A program made the position numbers and the translations under genes. Under the pieces are notes generated by a model. That model did no database searches. It saw only the letters and a program-made list of their open reading frames with translations, and was not told the origin of the DNA. DNA of 64,000 nucleotides from an uncultured Planctomycetota bacterium (lineage in GTDB: Bacteria; Planctomycetota; Planctomycetia; Pirellulales; Lacipirellulaceae). The stretch is from assembly GCA_963719315.1 (NCBI GenBank), contig CAVRBU010000002.1, forward strand, positions 384,001 to 448,000. Direction: 5' to 3'. Below, in pieces: positions 21,125 to 33,804 of the stretch (positions are counted from its first letter, which is position 1; each line of letters starts with the position of its first letter).

Positions 21125-21330
21125 ACTCGCTGGCTTGGAACGGCATCGCGAATGATCTTGTTCGTCCGCTCACCCGCTGCAATCGCGCCAACCGGACCCC
21201 ACGGACGGTAAGCTGTTCCAAACCGCTTCCATCGCCTTCAGTGTGACAGATTGCCGTCACCTAATCTTGTTTATTCAGCAAGACAAGGCGGTCGCGCCAA
21301 AGTATTGAAATCAAGTGCGAGAATCTCCCC

Positions 21331-22797
21331 ATGCGATATGACCTGATCGTAGTAGGCAGCGGGCCGGCCGGCCAAAAAGCCGCCATAGCTGCGGCGAAAC
21401 AGAACTGGCGGGTGGCCGTTGTCGAGCGACGACGCGAACTGTTGGGCGGCGTTTCGCTTCATACGGGCACGATTCCCTCGAAAACGATTCGCGAAGCAAT
21501 TTTGCACCTCACTGGCTATCGCCACCGAGACGTGTACGAAGACAGTTACCGCCGCAAGCGCGAAATTACGATGAACGACCTGCGGCTGATGATCCGCAAC
21601 GTCGGTCAATCGGAGTGGCAAGTGCTGCAGGACCAATTCGCGCGGAATCGCGTGAACATCGTGTGCGGCGAAGCCTCGTTTTGCGATCCGCATCGCGTTG
21701 AAGTCAATTGTTGCGGCGAGTTGCAAGTGCTCGAAGGCCGGCACATCCTGCTGGCGCCGGGAACCCGCCCTGCCCGCCCCGAACACATCCCGTTCAACGG
21801 CGAGTCGGTTTTCGACTCCGATGAGGTCTTGAGCCTGTCGCGCGTCCCGCGGTCGATGATCGTCGTCGGTGGCGGCGTCATTGGATTGGAATACGCGATC
21901 ATGTTCGCCACGCTTGGCGTGCAAGTCACCGTGGTCGATGGCCGCGCGCAATTGCTCGAATTCTGCGACCGCGAGATCATCGAAACGCTGCTCCATCACG
22001 CCCGTTCGCTGGGGATGATTTTCCGCTTGGGCGAGAGTGTCGTCACGATTCGCGAGCCGAAGCCGGGGCGGGTGGCGGTCGAGTTGGAAAGCGGCAAGCG
22101 ACTGCTGGGCGAAACGGTACTGTTCAGCGTCGGTCGCGCGGGCGATACGGATTGCCTGCTCCTACACAACGCCGGCCTGGAAGTCGACAACCGCGGCCGC
22201 ATCCGCTGTAACGCACAATTTCAAACCGCCGTTCCGCATATTTACGCCGTGGGCGATGTCGTCGGTTTCCCGGCACTGGCGAGCACGTCGATGGAGCAAG
22301 GCCGGCGAGCCGCGTGTCATATGCTTGGCCGCGAGTTCGAGCCGTGCCAGCACATGCCCTATGGGTTGTTTACGATTCCCGAAATCTCGATGGTCGGCCA
22401 GAACGAAGAGCAGCTAACCGCCGCTCACGTGCCGTATGAAGTCGGCATGGCCCGGTTCAGCGAGATCGCCCGCGGGCACATCGCGGGGGACACGTCCGGT
22501 ATGCTCAAGCTGCTGTTCCATCGCGAGACGAGGAAACTGCTCGGCGTGCACGTCATCGGCGAGGCGGCGACCGAAATCGTCCACATCGGCCAAACGGTGA
22601 TGGCCCTCGACGCCACGATCGACTACTTCCGCGATACGGTGTTCAACTATCCTACTATGGCCGAATGCTACAAAGTCGCGGCGCTGGATGGCCTCAATAA
22701 GCTCTCCTTGTGGGCGGAAGCGGAAAGCACGGCCTGCGACGTGATGCCGACGCTGGAACTTGCAGCGGAAGCCGTTGCAGACGCGTTGCTGGTGTAA
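21331..22797 (+). CDS. sthA: Soluble pyridine nucleotide transhydrogenase
   Basis: YDLIVVGSGPAG, HTGTIPSK, GGGVIGLEYA, FPALASTSMEQGR, FNYPTMAECYKVAA. Confidence 0.9.
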   Translation: MRYDLIVVGSGPAGQKAAIAAAKQNWRVAVVERRRELLGGVSLHTGTIPSKTIREAILHLTGYRHRDVYEDSYRRKREITMNDLRLMIRNVGQSEWQVLQDQFARNRVNIVCGEASFCDPHRVEVNCCGELQVLEGRHILLAPGTRPARPEHIPFNGESVFDSDEVLSLSRVPRSMIVVGGGVIGLEYAIMFATLGVQVTVVDGRAQLLEFCDREIIETLLHHARSLGMIFRLGESVVTIREPKPGRVAVELESGKRLLGETVLFSVGRAGDTDCLLLHNAGLEVDNRGRIRCNAQFQTAVPHIYAVGDVVGFPALASTSMEQGRRAACHMLGREFEPCQHMPYGLFTIPEISMVGQNEEQLTAAHVPYEVGMARFSEIARGHIAGDTSGMLKLLFHRETRKLLGVHVIGEAATEIVHIGQTVMALDATIDYFRDTVFNYPTMAECYKVAALDGLNKLSLWAEAESTACDVMPTLELAAEAVADALLV

Positions 22798-22837
22798 CAC
22801 GTGGACCGACGGCTTGTTCGTGCCTTATCATAGCGGC

Positions 22838-24613
<1,776 letters not shown>

Positions 24614-25773
24614 CTAGGCTTAGTCTGTGCGATGTCGGGAGACCCGCGCACAACAACCTTTTACTGGTAAGCCCCATTGCAAGCGTCCTGATTCCTTGCC
24701 TGCCAGTTGTTTCTGCCAATCCGCACCAGCGTCGAATATGAGGATCGACGGTTTAGTGCGGCAGCCAACAACGAGACGGCGTCCATCAGGAGTGAAGCAG
24801 GCATCGCTGATGTTAGCCCCGGGGCGCTGATAGCTCCAGACTTGCGTACCATTCTGCCGATCCCATAGCCGAACGCTGTCCTTATCCACGGTTAGTACGC
24901 GAGAGCCATCTGGTGAAAACGCGACTTTCGTTACAAATTCGCCAGTGTCGGCTCTCCAATATATTGTGCCAGCTTGCGTTTTCCAGACGTTCACGGTATT
25001 TCCATCGGTTGCGGCAAGTAATTCTCCATCGGGGCTATACGCAATGCTCCGCACCCAACTGTATAATTGCTTGGCAAGCTTGGCCGCTAATGCGCGACTG
25101 ACAGAGGAATGAATATTTATTGTCGCATCATTTCCACCGTAAGCCACGAATTCACCGTTTGGACTGAATGCGACTCCTCCAGCCCACCAAGAGTCGCCTT
25201 CAATCCGCTCGAGTTCGTGCCCATCGTGCAGATTCCACAAGATCAATCGTTTATCGTAACCACCCGTCGACGCTAAAAGGCGGCCGTCTTTGGTCGCAGC
25301 CAGTCCTTCGATATCACTTTCATGTCCGCGAAGCACACGGACTTCCTTGAACGTGCGGGCGTTCCACACACGAATCGTCATATCTCGACTGCTTGAGAGG
25401 ATGTACGGCTCGCTGCCGACTACCGCAAGACCGGTTATGTCAGCGCGATTCCGTTCGTGACGATGACCGATTAGCGTCGCCAATTCCTTCCCCCTGTCGA
25501 GATCCCACACTCGAACAGCTTCGTCGATGCTGCCTGTAACGAGCCAAGTTGAATTTGGATCGGGAGCGAGTACCGCGACACCGGCCTCCGGACTTTCAAT
25601 AGTTTGAATGTCGGGCGGCGTATCCAACGCCCAACGCTTCATTTTGCCGGTCTCGTCAACCGAGATAAGTGACTCTGGTTCTGAAAGGGCAAATACTGCG
25701 ATTGGGTGATATTCGTGGCCGCGTAGCAGATGCAGTTGAGTTCCGGTTCGCAGCTGCCACTCGCGAATTGTTA

Positions 25774-26952
25774 TACCCTACGCGGCCAGCAATGAGACAT
25801 CTTCGAATCGCTGAAAGTTGAGCGTCATGAGGGATTTGAGGGGTTCGGCGTGGCGGGTTGCGAGGTCGGCGATTGTTTCTTGGATGGCGGCTTGAAACTC
25901 TTGAAATCCGGGATGGTAACGCCCATAGATGGCCCGCCGCTTGATGAACTTCCAAAGCCGTTCGATGAGGTTCAGGTTCGGCGAGTAGGAGGGCAGGAAC
26001 AGCAGCGTGATTTCCAGTTGCGTCGCCAACGCTTGCACCGCGGCGTTACGTTGGTAGCGAGCGTTGTCCAGCACCAACGTGATCGGTCCGGCCAGACCGA
26101 GGGCAGCGATCTTCCGCAACAGCTCGCACATCGTTTCCGTGTTGACGACCGTGGTGTTGGTCACGCTTACCAGTTCGCGGGTCACGGCGTTCCAGGCTCC
26201 CAGGACATTGAACCGCTGGCGGCCCGAGGCGGCCCGCACGAAGATTCGCGTGAACGACCACAAGCAGCACAGGAACGTCCCGTACACAAAGTGGGCCGCA
26301 TCGACGAAGAAGACGTGTCCCCGCCCTCGGGCGGCGGCGTCGAGGCGGGGCTTCAGTTCGAACGTCGTGAAACAGGGCCTGCGCGGCGACATGCTGGGCC
26401 AAGTTTTTTTGGGCGGCACGGGGAGCGCCCGGACCCGCTGCCACTTGAGTCCCATGTCTTTCAGGAACTTGCGAGTTTGCGACAGTCCCCGCCGCAGGCC
26501 GGTCAGTTGGTAAATGCGTTCGCAGGCTTCCGCGGTCGTGCGGACCGGCTGGTTCTCGAACAACGCGCGGATCACGTCGCGATAGGCGGCCAAGTCGCTC
26601 ACGGGCCCTTGCACATTCCACCGCCGCAGACCCTCCAACCCGCCATCACGATAGGCCGCAACGTACCGCCCGACGGTCGCCACTCCGACCCCCGCCAATT
26701 TCGCCGCCTGGGATCGCTTCAAACCACACTGCAGCGACCACAACACCAGCATCTTGCGGCGGACATGCGACTCCGGATGAGACTCCCGCTCGGCCGCGAC
26801 AATTCGCTGTTCCTCTTCCGTCAATCGGACTCGAAACCAAGCCATGACAGCCCTCCTTGCCAGCAACACGCCATCCTCCTCGATGGCGACATAAGGGCCT
26901 TGTACAACAAATCAGCTACTCGGGAACAGATCATTTATCCCCACGCAGGGTA
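25774..26952 (-). mobile_element. IS630-family insertion sequence (1179 bp)
   Basis: Imperfect TIRs TACCCTACGCGG..AATGA / TCATT..CCACGCAGGGTA; TA duplication at 25772-73 and 26953-54. Confidence 0.95.
25778..26845 (-). CDS. IS630 transposase
   Basis: HTH N-terminus; FVDAAHF, LDNARY, LPSYSPNLNLIERLW; AAGGAGG RBS; A7 slippery site at 26404-26410. Confidence 0.93.
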   Translation of the reverse strand: MAWFRVRLTEEEQRIVAAERESHPESHVRRKMLVLWSLQCGLKRSQAAKLAGVGVATVGRYVAAYRDGGLEGLRRWNVQGPVSDLAAYRDVIRALFENQPVRTTAEACERIYQLTGLRRGLSQTRKFLKDMGLKWQRVRALPVPPKKTWPSMSPRRPCFTTFELKPRLDAAARGRGHVFFVDAAHFVYGTFLCCLWSFTRIFVRAASGRQRFNVLGAWNAVTRELVSVTNTTVVNTETMCELLRKIAALGLAGPITLVLDNARYQRNAAVQALATQLEITLLFLPSYSPNLNLIERLWKFIKRRAIYGRYHPGFQEFQAAIQETIADLATRHAEPLKSLMTLNFQRFEDVSLLAA

Positions 26953-29369
26953 TAGGTCTCGACTTGAAGATGCGATTCGCTCATTATCGACGACCGACAG
27001 CGACGTAACAGCGTCAGTGTGTCCACGTAATATCTCAGGCTTTCCGGTGCCGTCGGTATTCCAAACGCGAATACTCCCGTCCTTGCCGCCGACAATGATG
27101 AACGACTCATCGGCGGAAAAAGCAACAGACGTAGGTTCTACGCCGCCGTTCAAGAATTCTCGAATCTTATTACCCGACGCTACATCCCAAAGAACTGCGC
27201 CGTTTCCTCCGCCACTTAGAAGGCGTGTATTTTCCCGATTGAAGACGACACAGCGGACGGGCCCGCCGTGGCCCCGTAGTAAATGCGCGAGTTCCCAGGT
27301 CTTCGTATTCCACAACTTAACAGCGTCTTCGCCAATGTGACCACCTGCGCCAGAAGCCAACCACGTCCCGTCTGAACTAAATGAGAGCGAGTTTACCGGC
27401 TCCACTTGCCCCTGCATTTGAGCCGTCACTTTATCCTCTGCAAGATTTACGATTGAGATGGTGAACTTGGGCGGGTCAGAATAGTTAGAATTTGACACTG
27501 CTACTAAATTATGCGTTGGATCAATGGCGACGGCTTCGGTCTGGAGCTCGAGGCCATGGATTGTATGAGCTGCAATCCGCTTTCCACTCGACGTATCAGT
27601 CAAGAATAAATTCAGCGCTAGACCCCCTGAGGCCCAGATAAGTATCTTGGAGTCGTGGCTCAATGCCGCCGATCCAACACCTGCTGAGAGTTTGGGTGAA
27701 GTCGCAATTGAACGATCCAGACATCGGTGGAGGAAAGCGAATTCCCAACCTCGTAATGCAACCGGAGCTATATCAAGCACTCCCCGAGCGGCTGAGTTAT
27801 TCGCTTCAACTCCTGACCAGCACGGAGTATCGCTAGCCCGTAAAGGTGACGTTCAGCTTCTGATTTAGCTTTTTCAAGGGCGACAATTTGATCTCCAGCG
27901 CGCTTTCGCTCATACTCCGCCTCTTTTTGTCTCGATCGAGCCACATTCGCTTGCCCTTGTGCATCGACCGCGAAATACGTAGCCACGATCGCGCCACTTA
28001 ATAGCGCAAGCACAACTGATGCCAACAGGACTGAGACGAGCTTGTTGCGGCGAACCCACCGAATCGCTCGCTTAGGTCGACTCACTGGGCGTGCGCGAAT
28101 TGGCTCGCCCCTCAAAAACCGCCTTACCTCATCAGTTAGCTGGCGCGCCGACTCATATCGGCGCACCGCATCCTTTTCCATGCACTTGAGCGTGATAGTT
28201 TCAAGATCTTTGACGTTTGCATTGAGCGTTCGCGGGCTCGGGGGATCGTCGTGGAGGACTTGGTGCATCAGCATCCGTGGATTACCGCGAAAAGGTAGTT
28301 CCCCCGTGAGGAGCTGGAACAGGATCACTCCCAACGAATAGACATCGCTGCGCCGGTCGGCAGTGTGGGCTTCGCCTTGGGCCTGTTCGGGCGACATGTA
28401 GGCGGGGGTGCCGAGGACCTGGCCATCAATCGTGACGGTGACTTCGCCCACTTCGCGGCGAGCAAGGCCGAAGTCCATGAGGTGGGGCTGGCCGTCGCCG
28501 TCGATCATGATGTTGGCGGGCTTTAGGTCGCGGTGGACGACGCCTTTTTCGTGGGCATGGTGGAGGGCGTCGGCGATTTTGGCGCACAGTTCGGCCGCTT
28601 CGCGGCTGGTGGGCCGCTGGTCGGTGAGCCAGTCGCCGAGCGTGACGCCGCGGACGAAGTCGCTGACGATGTAGACGCTGTCGCCGTCGCGGCCGACTTC
28701 GTGGACGCTGACGATGCTGGGATGGCGGAGTTGAGCAGCGGCGCGGGCTTCGCGGAAGAATTTCTCCTGGTCCTCGGCCGACATGTCGCCAGCCCGCGGA
28801 ATTTTGATCGCGACCGTGCGGTCGAGCTCTTTATCGCGGGCTTTCCAGACACTGCCGAAGCCGCCGACGCCGAGGCGCTCGATCAGTTCGAAGCGGCCCA
28901 GCTTCGTGAGCGATGGCGCCATCCGCGTTGCTTTGCTTTGATCGACGAGGCTGAAGTGGCTGCCGCAGGCGCTGCAGGTGAGGTCGGTGAGCGTCGTATC
29001 GACGGCGACTTCGGTCGGTTGATGGCAGTTCGGGCAGCGGACTTCGAGGCGGCCGGCGCCGGTATCAGCATCTCGATGGGAACGAGTTTCGACCTCCGGG
29101 CTGACAGGCAGCACGGCCCGGTCTCGCGCCGGCAATCAGGCGGAGTTTGCGCAGCTCTTCTGCCAATTCCGACATCAACTCTGAATGCGCGGCGATCAGA
29201 GCATCGTCCGTGACGGCCTCGCCGGCCGCGCGGCGACGGAGGCAATCGTCGATCACATCGCGGATGCGGGCAGCTTTGTCGGCGCCGTCGGTTGATGATG
29301 TTGCTTCGGACATTTGTCGGTTATTGCCGAATCCTTCCCTGGCCCCTCCCTACAAGGGAGTGGAAATTG

Positions 29370-29990
29370 TTATCCGCTGCTGAACCACCGCGAGGAGCGG
29401 CCCATGGCCTCGGCGAGGTTTTTCTTGCCGCGATGCACGAGACCTCGGATGGCCGCTTCGGTGCGACCCGTTTTGGCGGCGATTTCCTCAATGGTTTTGT
29501 GCTCCAGGAAGTGGAGGCGAATGACTTGTTGCTGGTCTTCGGGCAGGCCGGCGATCGCGATCCGCATCGCCTGTATGGCCTCTTTGCCGGCGGCCGCTTT
29601 GCTGGGCGAATCCGAATCGCGACACACCACGTCGAACAACTCGCGGATCGAGTTTTCGCTACCAAAAGCGGTGTTAGAAACCTGGTGTGCTCCACCGCGA
29701 TCGAGCTTGCGCAGCTCGTCGATGAGGCGGTGGTCGGCGATCGTGCGGAGCCAGGCAAAGAAAGCGCCGTCGCCACGGGGCTCAAATTTGCGAATATCGC
29801 GAAACGCCTGCGAGAAGACGGTTTGCAGGATGTCTTCGACGCCGAAATGCTTGCGAGCGGCGGCCGAAATTTTGGGCGCGATGTGTCGCTCAAGCGTTCC
29901 GTAATGGCTCCACAGCAGGTGCTCCAACGCCGCGGAATCGCCCGCAATGGCGGATTCGACCTGGACCGATTCGGGGGCAAATTCAGACAT
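29370..29990 (-). CDS. ECF RNA polymerase sigma factor directly upstream of the kinase
   Basis: GDSAALEHLL, EDILQ, FFAWLRTIA, LPEDQQQVIRL..IEEIA..GRTEAAIRGLVHRG. Confidence 0.92.
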   Translation of the reverse strand: MSEFAPESVQVESAIAGDSAALEHLLWSHYGTLERHIAPKISAAARKHFGVEDILQTVFSQAFRDIRKFEPRGDGAFFAWLRTIADHRLIDELRKLDRGGAHQVSNTAFGSENSIRELFDVVCRDSDSPSKAAAGKEAIQAMRIAIAGLPEDQQQVIRLHFLEHKTIEEIAAKTGRTEAAIRGLVHRGKKNLAEAMGRSSRWFSSG

Positions 29991-30237
29991 AGGCTCAGTC
30001 GCCGCAAGAGTAGTCCGTCGCACGGCGGATTTCGTAAGCCGAAACGCCGCTCGATTTTACGCTTGCGGCTCGGCCGGATGCAAGCAATTAGAGCGTGTTT
30101 TGGAGGGACGGGGGTGGAGAAAACCAGGCCTACAAATTCTTTTTTGCTGTCGCGCGCGCTTGGCGGCGATCCCTCGCTTTGACTCTTGGGTCGAATGGAC
30201 CCGGTTTCAAAACCCCCCATTTATCAGGGAGCACACC

Positions 30238-31002
30238 ATGTTCGCCAAGAGATTTAAGATTCAAATGGTATTGATCGTGTTTGTGAGCCAAATGTCATCC
30301 GCGTTCGCTTGGGAAGCCGGCCAGTACGGTGAGCCTTCGGAGTATTTCCAACCGGTGTCGCCGTTGTCGCCGGAGCTGGGGTTTTCGTACCACCATGCTT
30401 CGACGGCCTGGGAAGGGGCGCTGCGGGGTGAAGCCGAGGTACTGCACGCGACCGGCAGTTACTGGCTCGCCATTACGCAGGCGCTTATCTGCCGCGAGCA
30501 GGCTCGGGCGCTGGCTCTCGGCAACCGCCAGAGGTGGATTGAACACTGCATCGCCTCGCGAAATCGGCGAGCGCTGGAGCGCGACCGTCGCAGTAGCGAG
30601 CAGCGACGAGCGAACGAGGAAAGTTGGTCAGCGAGGTTTGCCGTTTATCGGCTGGATGACGATCAGCTCGACCGAACCACCGGCGCGATCGAGTGGCCTA
30701 GCGCTCTGAAGCCTGCCGAGTACGCCAAGCTGCGAGGGCGCTTGGAGGAATTGTTCCGAGGACAAGCCGGCTATGGAGCAGTGCCCTTCACGGGGTCGGA
30801 TATTGTGCGATGCACCAATACCTTCAGTGACGAGTTACGACGCCACCGATTTGAAATCGACCGCGTAGAGTACCTCGCAGCACAGAAGTTTCTGAGCGGG
30901 CTGAAGTATGAAGCGGAGCTGGGGCTGGTGCGAACGGGGTTGGAAGACCCGCGCGAATCGGAGACCGCGTCAGTCAGTATCGCGGTGGCTCAGCTCAATT
31001 GA
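30238..31002 (+). CDS. Secreted hypothetical protein
   Basis: GGAG RBS, signal peptide, HHASTAWEGALRG and DRTTGAIEWP motifs. Confidence 0.65.
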   Translation: MFAKRFKIQMVLIVFVSQMSSAFAWEAGQYGEPSEYFQPVSPLSPELGFSYHHASTAWEGALRGEAEVLHATGSYWLAITQALICREQARALALGNRQRWIEHCIASRNRRALERDRRSSEQRRANEESWSARFAVYRLDDDQLDRTTGAIEWPSALKPAEYAKLRGRLEELFRGQAGYGAVPFTGSDIVRCTNTFSDELRRHRFEIDRVEYLAAQKFLSGLKYEAELGLVRTGLEDPRESETASVSIAVAQLN

Positions 31003-31081
31003 AGTGACTGCGCACAGTCCCGGGACGTTCGCCACCTGCCTCCTGCGGCGTCTCGGGACTTCTGCTTGCGCTAATGGCAAA

Positions 31082-32080
31082 CTACTCCTGCTCGGGCCGG
31101 CTTCCGAGGACGGGCGTAAGTTTTAGATGTTTGTCATTGCGGATGATTTCGATTTCAATCTTGTCGCCTGGCTGATGCTGGGCAATGCGGGCAGTGAGGC
31201 GGTCGAAGTCTGGGAGAGGTTGGCCGTCGAGCGTGGCGATGACGTCACCGTTAACGATCCCGGCGTTGGCGGCGGCGCTGCCGGGCTGAACCAAAATGAC
31301 GGATACGCCAGCCGCATGATTTTCGGCCGCCACTCCCAAGAGCGCTTGATTGCGAACGTAAACGACCGCCTCGGGATGCTTGCTCTTAACTGCATCGACG
31401 GCGGCGGGAGTCACTTTCGTATCGAAGAGTTGCAGGTAAGCTAACTTTTCCTTTTCGGCAAAAAGCTTCACAATTTCGTCATTGATCGGCGCTCCGACCA
31501 AACGGAAATGGCGGTACTGCCGCAATTGCGCGACTTGTCGAAAATCCTCGACCGTGCCATGCCACTTTTCGCCGAGCTGGACAATCAGCACGGGCACCAT
31601 GGCCGACTCGACCGGCTCGAGTTGCGAAGCCAATTCGGCGCCGAGCGGTCCGAGCCGCTGCTCACAAACGGCTACGCTGCGTTCAGTGAGCTCGGCGTCG
31701 GCTTTGGAAACAATGGCGGGGTGATTCTGTAATTGCACAAGCCGCTCCAGCGCCGCCAGTGCGAGCTCGTTATCGCGGGAGCGGCCCAGGCGGCGGAGAA
31801 TCCAGATTGCGCGATCGGCGGGCTCGGGGCGGTTGCCGTTCGCCACGACGAGCAACTGGTCGAGCGTCGCAAGGCCGGCGTCTAATAAGTGCTGCGTCGC
31901 CTCTTCGCGTGCGCGGTAGCGGGCGTTGTCCAAATCCTTGATCCAGGCCGCGATTTCGCTGGCGGTTGAGGGCTTGGCATCGCTCGCAGCCGCAGGCTCC
32001 TCCGCCAGAGCCAGCGGTGAGCAGGTCAATGCGCCCCCCAGCGCGGCAAGCACGGCGGTTCGTTTAATTAGTTCGTTCAT
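31082..32080 (-). CDS. Secreted PDZ-domain protein with N-terminal HEAT-like segment
   Basis: Signal peptide; VQPGSAAANAGIVNGDVI PDZ signature. Confidence 0.8.
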   Translation of the reverse strand: MNELIKRTAVLAALGGALTCSPLALAEEPAAASDAKPSTASEIAAWIKDLDNARYRAREEATQHLLDAGLATLDQLLVVANGNRPEPADRAIWILRRLGRSRDNELALAALERLVQLQNHPAIVSKADAELTERSVAVCEQRLGPLGAELASQLEPVESAMVPVLIVQLGEKWHGTVEDFRQVAQLRQYRHFRLVGAPINDEIVKLFAEKEKLAYLQLFDTKVTPAAVDAVKSKHPEAVVYVRNQALLGVAAENHAAGVSVILVQPGSAAANAGIVNGDVIATLDGQPLPDFDRLTARIAQHQPGDKIEIEIIRNDKHLKLTPVLGSRPEQE

Positions 32081-32277
32081 GGGTTCGAACGAAGCGGCAA
32101 ATTAGGTGTACGGGGCGAAATCCTGCTTCCGTAATCTTACACGAAAACACAATTCGGGCGATAATCCAGTTTTGACCGGCATGGCACCGGACCCTTCTAA
32201 GTACCGAAATTCGGAAGAATTCCCCTTCGCTTGATTCTGGACTGAAGTCTTGCGACTTCAGCTACACGCCACGATTA

Positions 32278-33513
32278 ATGAAGTTTGCCATTTTAGGAAC
32301 CGACGCGGAAATCTTGCAGCTTGCCTCAGCTGCGCGCGATGCTGGACACGAAATTATTTGGCTGGGGGATGTGCGTGGCGAAGATGCCGCGGCAATTGGG
32401 CCGCTTGTTACGGATCGCACGGATCGGGCCGGCGAATGGGAGTTGCTTCTCGGTCAGGGCGTTGTCGATGGTGTCCTTGTCGGCCGCGGATCGGCTGGCG
32501 GCGACCTGCGGGCGGAACAACTCAAACGGCTTGTGGTCGAGGCGGTGCCGGTTCTCGTCGTGCATCCGATTTTTGAGTCGGTGCTGCCGTACTATGAGAT
32601 CGATATGACGCGGCGCGAAACGGGCGCTGTCGTGCAGCATTTCAATCCGCCTGTGGACCAGCCTGTGCTGGCCGATTTGGCAGCGTGGGTTCGAAATGAG
32701 CACCCGACGATCGGAACAATCCACCAGGTCGCGTTTGAGCGCCGCACAGACGGAGCGTCGCGGGAAATCGTGCTCGCGCACTTGGCCCGCGATACAGAAC
32801 TGCTCGCGGCCGTCGCGGGCGATATTCGCCGGGTGAGCGCCATCGGCCCCGAAACGCTCGACGCTTCCTTCGCATCGCTGCAAGTGCAGATGACGACTTC
32901 CAACGTTTCTTCGTTGCGCTGGAGTGTGGGTTCCAGAGCGGCCGGCGCGGCCGGTTTACAATTGATACTCCTCGGCGAGCGCGGCGCCGCAACGCTCCGT
33001 GAAACGAATGCCGCCGAGGGTTCCACACCGTGGCAACTGGAAATCGAAAGCGGCGATCAACTAGAAGTGCAGATGCTGGAGAGCGGCGACGCAGCCCGCT
33101 CGGCAATTGAGCGATGGGCGGCTGCCGTCGCAGAGACTGACGCCGTGCGGCGGGCGGCGGCCAGCACTTGGGAAATGGCGACGCGGGATATGGAAGTCGT
33201 CGACGCCGTGGAACTCAGTTTGCAAAAGGGACGCACGATGGAGGTCTTTCAACAACATCTCACGGAGCGGCTGGCGTTCCGCGGCACGATGGCCGCGCTG
33301 GGCTGCGGCTTGTTGCTCATCGTGTTTCTCGCGGTCATCGCCGTGGCAATGATCGGCGGCGCTGAAGGGATTTTGCGACAACGGCTAGCGCCTGCGTGGC
33401 CGCTCGTGCTACTAGCAGTGCTGGCGTTCTTTCTGTTGCTGCAGGCGGTCCCGCTCTTGGTGCAAAAGAAGAGAAAGGGAGGCGACGAGCCGCCCGCCTC
33501 ACTTTCGGATTAG
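32278..33513 (+). CDS. Hypothetical membrane protein, degenerate Gfo/Idh/MocA-like fold
   Basis: MKFAILG Rossmann-like start; two C-terminal TM helices. Confidence 0.6.
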   Translation: MKFAILGTDAEILQLASAARDAGHEIIWLGDVRGEDAAAIGPLVTDRTDRAGEWELLLGQGVVDGVLVGRGSAGGDLRAEQLKRLVVEAVPVLVVHPIFESVLPYYEIDMTRRETGAVVQHFNPPVDQPVLADLAAWVRNEHPTIGTIHQVAFERRTDGASREIVLAHLARDTELLAAVAGDIRRVSAIGPETLDASFASLQVQMTTSNVSSLRWSVGSRAAGAAGLQLILLGERGAATLRETNAAEGSTPWQLEIESGDQLEVQMLESGDAARSAIERWAAAVAETDAVRRAAASTWEMATRDMEVVDAVELSLQKGRTMEVFQQHLTERLAFRGTMAALGCGLLLIVFLAVIAVAMIGGAEGILRQRLAPAWPLVLLAVLAFFLLLQAVPLLVQKKRKGGDEPPASLSD

Positions 33514-33804
33514 CCTCGTTAAATTGTTGGAAAACGGCGGGAGACGGGTGGCATGCTGTCCCGCCGCGGCAGAGAATGTCTGGGCAACGACGCGCATGCC
33601 TAATTGACTTCGGTCCGCAAATTCATGACACCCGATGCGAAAAGGAATTAGCGGCGCGAGCGTTACTGCTGGACAAAGTGTGCCGTTTGGCGAAAGTTTC
33701 CGGCACACGTCGACGATAGATGAAATGATACCGGTGCGCGCTTGCACGCCGCTAATTCCTCTTCTAATCCGACGAATCCGTTGCCTACCAAGTCGTTCAC
33801 GATC

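Larger units (their letters stand above)
24620..29313 (-). pseudogene. Ser/Thr kinase-TM-WD40 protein (about 1170 aa restored), interrupted by IS630 and two apparent indels
   Basis: GVGGFG, VAIK, HRDLKPAN, DFG, GTPAYMSPE; TM helix; GH...WD repeats; removing the IS restores SSRDLTIREW in frame; indels near 29125 and 27808. Confidence 0.88.

Noticed and set aside
25850..27340. 496-aa plus-strand ORF
   Set aside because: Antisense shadow that crosses the IS630 boundary, with no recognisable motifs
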